Shown piece after piece: positions 1 to 8,488 of a stretch of 64,000 bases of DNA (position 1 is the stretch's first letter; each line of letters begins with the position of its first letter). Below the pieces are notes generated by a model. The model did no database searches. It had not been told where the DNA came from and was given only the letters and a program-made list of their open reading frames with translations. Where the stretch lies: assembly GCA_005883625.1 (NCBI GenBank), contig VBDU01000071.1, positions 17,233-81,232 of the forward strand, given 5' to 3'. This DNA is from Chloroflexota bacterium. GTDB taxonomy: Bacteria > Chloroflexota > Limnocylindria > P2-11E. Made by a program: the position numbers and the translations under genes.

Positions 1-1187
1 ACTTCTCCTCGGGTCTGATCAATGTGAACCTGGGTCACGGCTACCCGAGCGTGGTCCGCGCGATCCAGGAGCAGGCCGAGAAGGTCTGCTACGTCACGCC
101 GTCGTTCGCCGAGGAAAGCCGCGCGAAGCTCGCGCGCCTCCTTGCCGAAGTGACCCCGGGCGACCTCTCCAAGACGATCTTCACCACCGGCGGGAGCGAG
201 GCGAACGAGCACGCCATCAAGATCGCGCGGCTGTACACGCGGCGGCACAAGATCCTCACGCAGTGGCGCTCGTTCCACGGACAGTCCCAGGGCGCGATGA
301 CCCTCGGCGGCGACAACCGCCGCTGGGCCGCGGAGCCGGGCATCACCGGCGTCGTCCACTTCCTCAACCCCGATCCGTACCGCTCGGTGTTCGGCGCGGA
401 CGTCGACAAGGCGCTCGCGCATGTCGAAGAGGTCATCTGGTACGAGGGGCCCGAGTACATCGCGGCGATCCTGGTCGAGCCGATCCCCGGAACGTCCGGG
501 GTGCTCGTTCCGCCGGACGGCTACCTCGCTGGCCTACGGGGGCTCTGCGACAAGTACGGGATCCTCCTGATGTTCGACGAGGTGATGACCGGCTTCGGCC
601 GGACCGGCCGGTGGTTCGGTGCCGACCACGAGGGCGTGGTACCCGACGTGATGACGTTCGCGAAGGGCGTGACCTCGGGCTACGTCCCGCTCGGCGGCGC
701 GATCGTGAGCGAGAAGATCGCGAAGTACTTCGACGACCACGTCCTGTGGGTCGGCTCGACCTACAGCGGGCATCCGCTCGCCTGCGCCGCCGGGGCTGCG
801 AGCCTCGCAGCGTATCGCGACGACGGGATCATCGACCGCGGCGCGCGCATGGGCGAGAAGCTCCTCGCCCAGCTGCGGAAGCTCGCCGAGCGGCACCCCT
901 CCGTCGGGGACGTCCGCGGCCGCGGCCTGTTCGCCGCCATCGAGCTGGTCAAGGACCGCGGCACGAAAGAGATGCTCGAGCGCTGGAACGGGCCGACGCA
1001 GGCGCTCGCCGGCGCGTTGCGTGCCGCGCTCATGCAGCGCGACGTCTACGTCTTCTGTCGCTGGAACATGCTGTTCATCGCGCCGCCGCTCGTCGTCACC
1101 GAGGACGAGCTCGCATTCGGCGTGAAGGCGGTCGACGAGGCGCTCGAGATCGCGGATCGGTACGCCGCCACGGGGAGACTGTCCTAG
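1..1187 (+). CDS. class-III (omega-type) PLP-dependent aminotransferase; 5' end runs off the window
   Basis: ORF 24..1187 stays open back to base 3 (FSSGLINVNLGHG). Motifs GGSEANE, DEVMTGFGRTG and TFAKG (PLP Lys). High GC3. Confidence 0.85.
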   Translation, partial: FSSGLINVNLGHGYPSVVRAIQEQAEKVCYVTPSFAEESRAKLARLLAEVTPGDLSKTIFTTGGSEANEHAIKIARLYTRRHKILTQWRSFHGQSQGAMTLGGDNRRWAAEPGITGVVHFLNPDPYRSVFGADVDKALAHVEEVIWYEGPEYIAAILVEPIPGTSGVLVPPDGYLAGLRGLCDKYGILLMFDEVMTGFGRTGRWFGADHEGVVPDVMTFAKGVTSGYVPLGGAIVSEKIAKYFDDHVLWVGSTYSGHPLACAAGAASLAAYRDDGIIDRGARMGEKLLAQLRKLAERHPSVGDVRGRGLFAAIELVKDRGTKEMLERWNGPTQALAGALRAALMQRDVYVFCRWNMLFIAPPLVVTEDELAFGVKAVDEALEIADRYAATGRLS

Positions 1188-1228
1188 CCGCTCGCGCTAG
1201 GCTCGCGACCGCGGACACGGCCATCACG

Positions 1229-1888
1229 TTGCGAGAGCCTGGCGCCGCGCGCGCGGCGGGATACGTCTTCGCGGTCGCCGGAGTCCTGGTGGCCGCGGGC
1301 CTCGTCCTTCACCCCATCCCCTCCGGCGGGCTCGCCGAGAAGCCCAGCGTGCTCTCGACGACGCCCCTGTGGGGGCCGATCCACGTCGCCATCGCGTTCG
1401 GCTTCGTCCTCACGATCCTCGGCGGTCTCCTCGCGCTCGTCGCCGGTGGAGCGCTTACGCGCCGCTGGACGGGGGCGCTCGCGTGGGGAAGCCTCACGGT
1501 CGGGATGGTGTTCTTCACCGGCGTTGCCCTGGTGAACGGCTACGTGATGCACGCGTTGAGCCTCCGCGCCGACTCCGCGGAGGGCTCGGCGATCTACGCC
1601 GCCTTCGACGATCTGCTGCTCGGCTTCGGCTGGCTCGGGAACCCGCTGTTCCTCTTCGGCCTCAGCCTGCTCGCCTTCACCGAGGTCCGCTCGCGGACGA
1701 TCGGGCTGCCGCGCTGGGCTGCGCTCTTCGGTCTCGTCTTCGCGCTCGCCTCATGGCTTCGTGGCATCGGGTCCGCGACCGGCCTCTACGTCCTCGAGCC
1801 GTTCATCCTCGCGAACATCCCTGCGTTCATCTGGCTCTCGTACTACGGGCTGCGCCTTGCCGCGCTCGGCAAGGCGCAGGGCGGCTAG
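1229..1888 (+). CDS. integral membrane protein, unknown function
   Basis: The hydrophobic tail of ORF 263..1888 has several predicted TM helices and high GC3. TTG 1229 is the first in-frame start after the upstream gene, so the start is uncertain. Confidence 0.55.
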   Translation: MREPGAARAAGYVFAVAGVLVAAGLVLHPIPSGGLAEKPSVLSTTPLWGPIHVAIAFGFVLTILGGLLALVAGGALTRRWTGALAWGSLTVGMVFFTGVALVNGYVMHALSLRADSAEGSAIYAAFDDLLLGFGWLGNPLFLFGLSLLAFTEVRSRTIGLPRWAALFGLVFALASWLRGIGSATGLYVLEPFILANIPAFIWLSYYGLRLAALGKAQGG

Positions 1889-2088
1889 AACCGGACCGCG
1901 CCGATCCGTCGCACGTCGCGCTCGAGCTCCTTCAGCTCTTCGCGGTAGCCGCCGAGGTCGCCGCGCCGGAGCGCGGCGATCGCTCGGTCGTGGTGATCGA
2001 ACGCCACCGCGTCCCGGCTGTCGTACCCAAAAAAATAGGCCGCCACGTCCACCGCGACGACCGCGCCGATGAAGATGAGGATCTCCAC
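1885..2088 (-). CDS. small membrane-anchored protein (67 aa), unknown function
   Basis: GTG 2086-2088 is preceded by AAGGAGG (plus-strand 2094-2100) with a 5-nt spacer. N-terminal TM helix followed by a charged tail; high GC3. Confidence 0.7.
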   Translation of the reverse strand: MEILIFIGAVVAVDVAAYFFGYDSRDAVAFDHHDRAIAALRRGDLGGYREELKELERDVRRIGAVRF

Positions 2089-2125
2089 GTCCGCCTCCTT
2101 ACTTGTTTCCGATAGAACGTGCCGC

Positions 2126-2153
2126 CGCCCTCCGGCGTGAGGCGCGTTTTTTT
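2126..2153 (+). terminator. candidate hairpin plus T-run; function ambiguous
   Basis: CGCCCTC-cggcgt-GAGGCG (one bulge) followed by TTTTTTT at 2147-2153. It lies in the leader of the minus-strand small gene, so it may not be a true terminator. Confidence 0.3.
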
Positions 2154-2190
2154 CTAACCTTGTTGGGACCTATTGGTGGTGTGGGATTCC

Positions 2191-2220
2191 TTGACGCGGA
2201 CACTAGTCCGGACGTATAAC
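2191..2220 (+). promoter_or_regulatory. sigma-70-like promoter candidate for the CGNR gene
   Basis: TTGACG (2191-2196), an 18-nt spacer, then TATAAC (2215-2220). Downstream SD ACGGAGG and GTG 2246. Confidence 0.4.
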
Positions 2221-2245
2221 CATGTCAAGCGTCTACGGAGGTTAA

Positions 2246-2890
2246 GTGCGCAACAGTGCACCCGCGCCGGACCACGGCCTCGAGTTCGTCGGAGGCGCCC
2301 TTGCGCTCGACTTCACGAACACCGTCGGCGGTACTCACACCGAGCCGACGCATGACCACATCCGGGGCTTTGACGACCTTGTCCGGTTCCTTCTGCTCGC
2401 ACGGAACGTCTCCGAGGCCGACGCTCGCCGCCTCATGATGCGTGCCCAGCGTCAGCCGGCTGAAGCGCGGAAGGTCGTCGAGCGGGCGGTCGCGCTGCGC
2501 GAAGCGATCTGGCGCGTTTTCTCGGCCGTCGCGAACGACGAGACCCCTACGGCCGAGGATGTCGCGCTTCTCCGCAAGGAAGCTTTGCGTGCGGCCTCGC
2601 GGGCCGAGCTCGCGGTCGCCGGCGGACACGGCCAGTGGATCTGGCGGGTCGGCGAAGACCTCGAATATCCGGTCGGCGCCCTTGCGCGATCGGCGGTCGA
2701 GCTCCTGACGACGGCCGAGGAGCTGAGCCGGCTGCGTGAATGCGCGTCGGAGACGTGCCAGTGGCTCTTCTTGGACCGAAGCAAGAGCAGAACGCGGCGC
2801 TGGTGCGACATGCGCGACTGCGGGAACCGCGCAAAAGCGCGGCGGTTCTACGAGCGGACTACGCGAGCGAAGCGGCAGGCACGCTCCTGA
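2246..2890 (+). CDS. CGNR zinc-finger domain protein (ABATE N-domain plus zf-CGNR)
   Basis: C-terminal C..C-x..-RRWCDMRDCGNRAKARRF motif; N-terminal LDFTNT motif. Confidence 0.85.
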   Translation: MRNSAPAPDHGLEFVGGALALDFTNTVGGTHTEPTHDHIRGFDDLVRFLLLARNVSEADARRLMMRAQRQPAEARKVVERAVALREAIWRVFSAVANDETPTAEDVALLRKEALRAASRAELAVAGGHGQWIWRVGEDLEYPVGALARSAVELLTTAEELSRLRECASETCQWLFLDRSKSRTRRWCDMRDCGNRAKARRFYERTTRAKRQARS

Positions 2891-3872
2891 CGGCCGGGAT
2901 GATCTTCTCGCCGTAGACCTCGAGGATCCGCTCCTCGTCGCCGCTCATCAGGTAGATGTTGAACTGACGGACACCGAGCGCGGCGAGCTGCCGCAGCTTC
3001 GCGATGTGCTCCTGGGGCTCGCCCGTGACGCAGAAACGATCGACGGATTCGTCGTCGACGAATGCCGCGTTCGACGACCCCGATTCCGCGTGGTGCCGGT
3101 AGTCGTAGCCGGGCCGGTCGCGCACGTATGCCGTGAGGTCGGCCGGGAGGCCCTGCTCGCCGTAGCGCTTCACGAGGTCGATGACGTGGTTCGACACGAG
3201 GGCGGGGAACCAGCGGAGGCGGTCCCGGACCTGCGCCTTCGGCCCGACGTGGGCCGGCGCGGCCACCATCACCGCGACGGCGTTCGGATCGCGGCGCGCC
3301 TTGCGCGCGCCCTCGCGTAGCAGGCCGATGCACCAGCCGACGAGGCTCGGATCCGCGATCTGGATGATCGCCCCGTCGGCGATCTTTCCGGTCAGCTCGA
3401 GCGCCTTCGGGCCGTAGCCCGCGATCCACACGGGGAGCTTGTGCCGCGGGACCCACTCCATCGTGAGCGCCGTCCCCTCGTACGTGACCGCACGGCCTTC
3501 GCAGAGATCGCGGATGACGTTCGTCGCCTCCTCGAGGACCGCGAGCGTCGTCGGCGGCTTCCCGAGGACGCGTCGCGCCGAGTCGCCGCGGCCGATTCCG
3601 AGGTCCATGCGGCCGCCGGAGAGCTCCTGCAGGACGGCGAGCGTGCTCGCCGTGACCGACGGCTCGCGCGTGGCCGGGTTCGTCACGCACGTTCCCAGGC
3701 GCAGCCGGGAGGTGTTCTGCGCCATGAGCGCGAGCAGCACGTACGGCTCCTTCCAGAGCACGTGGCTGTCGAAGACCCAGCCGTATGCGAAGCCGGATCG
3801 CTCCGCGAGCTTCGCCAGCCGGACGACGCGATCGAGCGGATGGTCCGGCTTCAGCGTGAATCCGAAGTCCAT
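2859..3872 (-). CDS. LLM-class (luciferase-like) F420-dependent oxidoreductase
   Basis: 337 aa with Mer/LLM-like sequence (MDFGF.., GRMDLGIGRGDS, PVWIAGYGPKAL). ATG 3870-3872. Confidence 0.85.
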   Translation of the reverse strand: MDFGFTLKPDHPLDRVVRLAKLAERSGFAYGWVFDSHVLWKEPYVLLALMAQNTSRLRLGTCVTNPATREPSVTASTLAVLQELSGGRMDLGIGRGDSARRVLGKPPTTLAVLEEATNVIRDLCEGRAVTYEGTALTMEWVPRHKLPVWIAGYGPKALELTGKIADGAIIQIADPSLVGWCIGLLREGARKARRDPNAVAVMVAAPAHVGPKAQVRDRLRWFPALVSNHVIDLVKRYGEQGLPADLTAYVRDRPGYDYRHHAESGSSNAAFVDDESVDRFCVTGEPQEHIAKLRQLAALGVRQFNIYLMSGDEERILEVYGEKIIPAVRSVPAASLA

Positions 3873-3890
3873 GGAGCCGCCGAGTCTAGG

Positions 3891-4319
3891 TCAGGCGTGC
3901 CACTGCGAAGCATGCTCCACACGGATGCGGATCACCGGCGCGTCCCGCAGCGGCATGCGCTCGTACTGCGGATACTTCGCGGCGAGGAGCCCGAGGGCGT
4001 GACGGTGGTCCTCACCCTTCGTGAGCATGTCGGCGACGCCGTCGACGCGGACCCAGGCGCAGCGGCTCCAGGCCTCCTCGTAGTGGTCGACGAGGACGCT
4101 CACCCGGCCGTTCGTCTCGACGTTCTTCACGCGTCGAAGCTCGTGCCAGTCGTCGACCGACTTCCGCTTCGCGTCGATCGGCGTGTACAGCAAAGGGTGC
4201 TCGTAGACGAACACGATGGGCACGACGTGCGGGCGCGCGTACTGGTCGGCGGTCGCGAGGTGCGCGACGCGCCCGCTCGCGAGCAGCTCCCGCGAGCGCG
4301 CACTTAGCTTCTCGTTCAT
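3891..4319 (-). CDS. PPOX-class (pyridoxamine 5'-phosphate oxidase fold) probable F420-dependent protein
   Basis: 142-aa C-terminal part of ORF 3891..5582, starting MNEKLSARSRELL..VAHLATAD. ATG 4317-4319 forms an ATGA overlap with the upstream gene's stop. Confidence 0.8.
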   Translation of the reverse strand: MNEKLSARSRELLASGRVAHLATADQYARPHVVPIVFVYEHPLLYTPIDAKRKSVDDWHELRRVKNVETNGRVSVLVDHYEEAWSRCAWVRVDGVADMLTKGEDHRHALGLLAAKYPQYERMPLRDAPVIRIRVEHASQWHA

Positions 4320-5314
4320 GCGCGCGACCGCAGGCGCGGCAGGACCTCCTTCGCGTAGAGGCGCATCGCGCGCTCCTGGTCCCGCCCAGGGAAGTGGAAG
4401 ACGAGATGCGTGAAGCCCCATTCGAGGTACGGGGCGATCTTCTCGAGGTGCTCGGCGGCGTCGGTCGACACGATGAATCGCGTGTGCGCGCGGTCGGCCG
4501 CCGCCTTTGCCCGGCGCTCCATCTCGCGCGGGTCCTCGACGCCGACCTTGTCCTCTGCGGGAAGCGCGAGCGCGGCCCACTCCTTGGTGTCCTCCATCGC
4601 GCGCGAGCGGTCCGTGTCGTAGCTCACCTTCATCTCGATGAGCCGCTCGATCGTTGCCGGCCCCTTGCCCGCCTCGCGTGCGGCCTTCTCCATCGCCGGC
4701 AGCAGGGTGTCCCGGTAGAGCTCCGCGCCCTTTCCGCTCGTGACGATGATCCCGTCGCCTTCCTTTCCCGCGAATGCCGCGGCCTGCGGGCCGCCCGCCG
4801 CGATGAGGATCGGGATGGGCTGCGCGGGCTTGTCGAAGAGCTTGGCCTCCCTGGTCTGGAAGTACTTGCCCTCGAAGGTGACGTAGTCCTCGGACCACAT
4901 CCGCTTGATGAGCCGGACCGCCTCGCGTAGGCGGCGAAGGCGCTCGCCCGGCTCGGGCCACGCGCTCACCGTGAGCGGCGTCTCGTTCATGGATTCCCCG
5001 CTGCCGACGCCGAGGAAGACGCGGCCCGGCGCCAGGAGCGCCACGGTCGCCATGGCCTGCGCCACGATCGCCGGGTGATAGCGGAATGACGGCGTGACGA
5101 CGCTCGTTCCAATGCGTATGCGCTTCGTGCGTGCGGCGACGGCGCCGAGCCAGGCGAACGAGAAGGGAGCGTGGCCGCCCGTGTCGCGCCAGGGGTGGAA
5201 GTGATCGCTGACCACGACGCTGTCGAAGCCGAGCTCTTCGGCGAGGATCGCGAAGTCGAGGAGCTCGCGCGGGCCGAACTGCTCCGCGGAGGCTTTGTAG
5301 CCGAGTGTCAGCAT
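4316..5314 (-). CDS. F420-dependent oxidoreductase, glucose-6-phosphate dehydrogenase (Fgd) family LLM
   Basis: MLTLGYKASAEQFGPRELLDFA..SDHFHPW is the typical family N-terminus. Start at ATG 5312-5314 or ATG 5321-5323. Confidence 0.85.
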   Translation of the reverse strand: MLTLGYKASAEQFGPRELLDFAILAEELGFDSVVVSDHFHPWRDTGGHAPFSFAWLGAVAARTKRIRIGTSVVTPSFRYHPAIVAQAMATVALLAPGRVFLGVGSGESMNETPLTVSAWPEPGERLRRLREAVRLIKRMWSEDYVTFEGKYFQTREAKLFDKPAQPIPILIAAGGPQAAAFAGKEGDGIIVTSGKGAELYRDTLLPAMEKAAREAGKGPATIERLIEMKVSYDTDRSRAMEDTKEWAALALPAEDKVGVEDPREMERRAKAAADRAHTRFIVSTDAAEHLEKIAPYLEWGFTHLVFHFPGRDQERAMRLYAKEVLPRLRSRA

Positions 5315-5360
5315 GAGGAACATGAAGAGTAAGTCGCGCGAAGTTCCGCGTCCGTTCGCG

Positions 5361-5642
5361 ATGCCGTGGGGCAAAGGCGACATCGTCGAAGAGATCACCG
5401 CCGTCGGGCAGTGGCACGAGCCCGCGATCCAGCTCCTGCGCTACGAGGACGGCAGCGAGAGCGTCCGGTTCTGCAGCTACGACCATGGCGGGCGGTTCCA
5501 GCGCTCGCCACTCATGCTCGACGCCCGACTGCTCTCCCAGCTCGGCCGATCGCTCGCATCCTCGCCGAGGCTCCGCGCCCATCTCGCGCGGCTCGTCGCG
5601 CCGGCGCGGCCCGCGGCAGCGCGGGCGAAGACGCCCCGATGA
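5361..5642 (+). CDS. hypothetical protein (about 93 aa) translationally coupled to cofE
   Basis: ORF 5313..5642 has high GC3 from about 5361 onward but low GC3 before that. Its stop overlaps the cofE ATG (ATGA at 5639-5642). Confidence 0.5.
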   Translation: MPWGKGDIVEEITAVGQWHEPAIQLLRYEDGSESVRFCSYDHGGRFQRSPLMLDARLLSQLGRSLASSPRLRAHLARLVAPARPAAARAKTPR

Positions 5643-6394
5643 CGCGCGGGCTCACGATCTTCCCCGTCGCGGGGATGCCCGAGGTGCGACCGAAGGACGA
5701 CCTCGTCGGCCTCGTCATCGCGGCGCTGGCGAAGGCCAAGGAACGGCTCGCCGACGGCGACGTGGTCGTCATCGCCCAGAAGGTCGTGTCGAAGAGCGAA
5801 GGCCGCATCGTGAAGCTGGCGGAGGTCGAGCCCTCGGAGCGCGCGAAGACGATGGCCGCCGAGGGGAACAAGGACCCGCGGCAGCTCGAGGTCGTGCTTC
5901 GCGAGACCAAGACGATCCTCCGCTGGGAGCGCGGGGTCCTCATCTGCGAGACGCACCACGGGTTCGTCTGCGCCAACGCCGGCGTGGACCGCTCCAACGC
6001 GGGCCAGCCCGACGCCGTCGTCCTCCTGCCGCTCGACCCGGACGCATCGGCCGGGCGCATCCGCGATGAGATCGCGCGGCGGGCGAGCGCGCGCGTGGCC
6101 GTCGTCGTCACCGACACCTTCGGCCGCGCGTGGCGCGAGGGCCACACGAACGTCGCGATCGGCATCGCCGGCCTGCCGGCGCTGAAGCGCTACATGGGGC
6201 AGACCGACCCCGAGGGCTACGAGCTGCGCGTCACCGAGATCGCGGTCGCCGACGAGGTCGCCGGCGCCGCCGAGCTCGTGATGGGCAAGCTCGACCGCTG
6301 TCCGGTCGCGATCGTGCGCGGCGTCGCTTTCGCCGAGCCCTCCGAGACCGCGCGCGATTACGTGCGTCCTGCCGCACGAGATCTCTTCCGCTAG
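5639..6394 (+). CDS. cofE: coenzyme F420-0:L-glutamate ligase
   Basis: 251 aa starting MTRGLTIFPV. Motifs IAQKVVSKSEGR and CANAGVD.SN, typical CofE/FbiB-N sequence. Confidence 0.9.
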   Translation: MTRGLTIFPVAGMPEVRPKDDLVGLVIAALAKAKERLADGDVVVIAQKVVSKSEGRIVKLAEVEPSERAKTMAAEGNKDPRQLEVVLRETKTILRWERGVLICETHHGFVCANAGVDRSNAGQPDAVVLLPLDPDASAGRIRDEIARRASARVAVVVTDTFGRAWREGHTNVAIGIAGLPALKRYMGQTDPEGYELRVTEIAVADEVAGAAELVMGKLDRCPVAIVRGVAFAEPSETARDYVRPAARDLFR

Positions 6395-6403
6395 CGTCCT
6401 CGC

Positions 6404-6814
6404 GTGGCACTCGAGCCCTGGCAGCGCACGTTCCTCGAGGAGAAGCGGTATGCGGTGCTGGGCACGAGGAATCCGAGCGGGTCGCCCCACCTGACGGCCA
6501 TGTGGTACCTGCTCGAGGGGGACGAGGTCCTTTTCAACACGGCGGCCGGCCGCGCGAAGCCGCGCAACATCGCCGCCGATCCGCGGGTCAGCTTCATCGT
6601 CGTCGACCCGACCGGTTACCCGTTCGTGCGGATAGACGGACGCGTGCGCACGATCGACGATCCGGCGACGACCCAGGCCGACATCCGGCGCATCGCTCAG
6701 CGCTACTACGGGGACGAGTCGCGAACGGAGCGCGCGATGCGCGAGAGCTTCTCGACGCAGCACCGCATCAGCTACCGGCTGCCGATCGGCCGCGTGTACG
6801 CGGCGCAGCGGTAG
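6404..6814 (+). CDS. PPOX-class probable F420-dependent protein
   Basis: 136 aa, pyridoxamine-phosphate-oxidase-like (RYAVLGT..PH.T.MWY). GTG 6404. Confidence 0.8.
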   Translation: MALEPWQRTFLEEKRYAVLGTRNPSGSPHLTAMWYLLEGDEVLFNTAAGRAKPRNIAADPRVSFIVVDPTGYPFVRIDGRVRTIDDPATTQADIRRIAQRYYGDESRTERAMRESFSTQHRISYRLPIGRVYAAQR

Positions 6815-6822
6815 ATAAAGAG

Positions 6823-6848
6823 AAGAGCCCGCCTTTCGGCGGGCTCTT
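6823..6848. terminator. bidirectional intrinsic terminator between convergent genes
   Basis: Perfect 11-bp stem AAGAGCCCGCC-tttc-GGCGGGCTCTT. On the minus strand it is followed by TTCTCTTTATC. Confidence 0.6.
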
Positions 6849-6870
6849 CGTTCATCCGGTTCGGCGCGTG

Positions 6871-7206
6871 TTAGGCGTACCGGCTGCGCGAGGCCGACGG
6901 CCGCACCTGCTCGAAGCAGGAGCTGCAGTAGACCGGCTTGTCGCCGCGCGGCTGGAACGGGACGCGAGCCTCGCCACCGCAGTTGCTGCAGGTGGCGGTG
7001 AAGAACTCGCGCGGGCCGCCCATGCCGCGGCTCGAATAGCCGCCGCCCATGCCGCCGCCCGAGGCACGACGTGCCGCACGGCACGACGGGCATCGGCCCG
7101 GCTCGTTCATGAGACCGCGCGAGGCATAGAACTCCTGCTCGCCGGCCGTCCAGATGAATTCCTGACCGCAGTCTTTGCAGGTCAGGGTCTTGTCAGAGAA
7201 GCTCAC
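6871..7206 (-). CDS. zinc-ribbon domain protein (two CxxC...CxxC units, Gly-rich linker)
   Basis: CKDCGQEF...CPSC and CSNCGGE...CSSC. GTG 7204-7206 is preceded by GGGAGGAAG. Confidence 0.8.
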   Translation of the reverse strand: MSFSDKTLTCKDCGQEFIWTAGEQEFYASRGLMNEPGRCPSCRAARRASGGGMGGGYSSRGMGGPREFFTATCSNCGGEARVPFQPRGDKPVYCSSCFEQVRPSASRSRYA

Positions 7207-7274
7207 TTAGAAGCTTCCTCCCTTTTGTTTGTCGCTGACGCTTTGAGCCTCGCCAGGTCTCGGGAGGAAGTGCC

Positions 7275-7880
7275 TCACTCGCCCGCGTGTTGACTCTCGT
7301 CGCCGCTGCCCCTTTGGGGCACATCAAGCCTAGCAGTTAGATCGTCCGTGGGGAAGGTGTTTGCAAAGGCCTCGCCCAGCCACTCGTCGTACCACTCGCC
7401 CGAGCGGAAGTACGACCGCGGGAGCAGTCCCATCCGCCGATAGCCGACCTTCTCGTTCGCCCGCCTGCTCCCGCGATTGGCGAGAGCGACCCAGTTATGC
7501 ACGCGCCGGAGCCGTAGCTCCCTCCACGCAAAGCTCGTCCGCAGCCGCACGGCCTCGCTCGCGATGCCGCGACCGTAGAGATCGTGGCGACCGATGAAGA
7601 GCCCGGTCTCTCCGTCGCGACGCACCCAGTCGATGTGGAAGATGCCGGTGAAGCCGACCGGCTCGCCCTCGTACGCGATCGTCCACTGGATCTGCGTCTG
7701 ACCGTCCGCCGTCTCTTTGAAGCGCTTCTCCTGTTTCTCGGGGGTGAGCTCGCCGAAGCGGGGTCCCATGAAGCGGCTCGCCTCAGGCTGCACCTCCCAG
7801 GCGGGGTGGAGCCTGAAATGCTCGAGCGTCGGCGGCACGAGCGCGACGCCGTTCCGACCCTCGAGCCGCGGGCCGAGCAT
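7275..7880 (-). CDS. GNAT family N-acetyltransferase (RimJ/RimL-like)
   Basis: 201-aa tail of ORF 7275..10004 (GRHDLYGRGIASEA). ATG 7878-7880 overlaps the upstream stop (TGATG). Confidence 0.8.
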   Translation of the reverse strand: MLGPRLEGRNGVALVPPTLEHFRLHPAWEVQPEASRFMGPRFGELTPEKQEKRFKETADGQTQIQWTIAYEGEPVGFTGIFHIDWVRRDGETGLFIGRHDLYGRGIASEAVRLRTSFAWRELRLRRVHNWVALANRGSRRANEKVGYRRMGLLPRSYFRSGEWYDEWLGEAFANTFPTDDLTARLDVPQRGSGDESQHAGE

Positions 7881-8467
7881 CAGCGGAAGGCCTCCGGCGC
7901 GAACGAGGCGTACTCGCGCTCGGTCGCGCCCCACCGCTCTTGCCAGGTCTCCTTGTCCATGACGAGCTGCACCTGGTCGACGTAGGCGCCGTCGCGGTAG
8001 TACACGTCGCGGCCGCGCGCGTACTCGGCGTAGCCGAGCCGCTCGGCGATCCGCAGCGCCGCCACGTTGTCCGCGTGGAGGACGAGGTCGGTCCTGCGCA
8101 GATCGAGATAGTCGAAGGCGTAACGGTGCAGCGCCAGCGCGGCGTCCGCCCCGTACCCCCTGCGCCACTCCGACGGGTCGATGACGAGCTGCCGGACCTC
8201 GAGCCCGACGCCCGAATCCCAGACGCGTCCGACCGCGAGGCCGACAAGACGCCCGTCCGACTCGATCGACCACAGCACCCGCCGCGGTTCCTTCGCGATC
8301 TCGGCGAACCGTTCCTTCCACGTCGCGGGCATGGCGGGCTCGAACCACGGTGGATGCGCGCGGCGCACCCTCAGGTCCGCCATCCAGTCGTTGAAGCGCG
8401 CGAGGTCCGCCGCGACAGGCAGGCGCAGCGTCGTCTTCTTCCCGCGGATCGTTCCGCCGAGCGCCAC
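7880..8467 (-). CDS. GNAT family N-acetyltransferase
   Basis: 195 aa with motif VIDPSEWRRGYGADA. GTG start. Confidence 0.8.
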   Translation of the reverse strand: MALGGTIRGKKTTLRLPVAADLARFNDWMADLRVRRAHPPWFEPAMPATWKERFAEIAKEPRRVLWSIESDGRLVGLAVGRVWDSGVGLEVRQLVIDPSEWRRGYGADAALALHRYAFDYLDLRRTDLVLHADNVAALRIAERLGYAEYARGRDVYYRDGAYVDQVQLVMDKETWQERWGATEREYASFAPEAFR

Positions 8468-8488
8468 GCGGCGAGGATAGGGAGTGGC

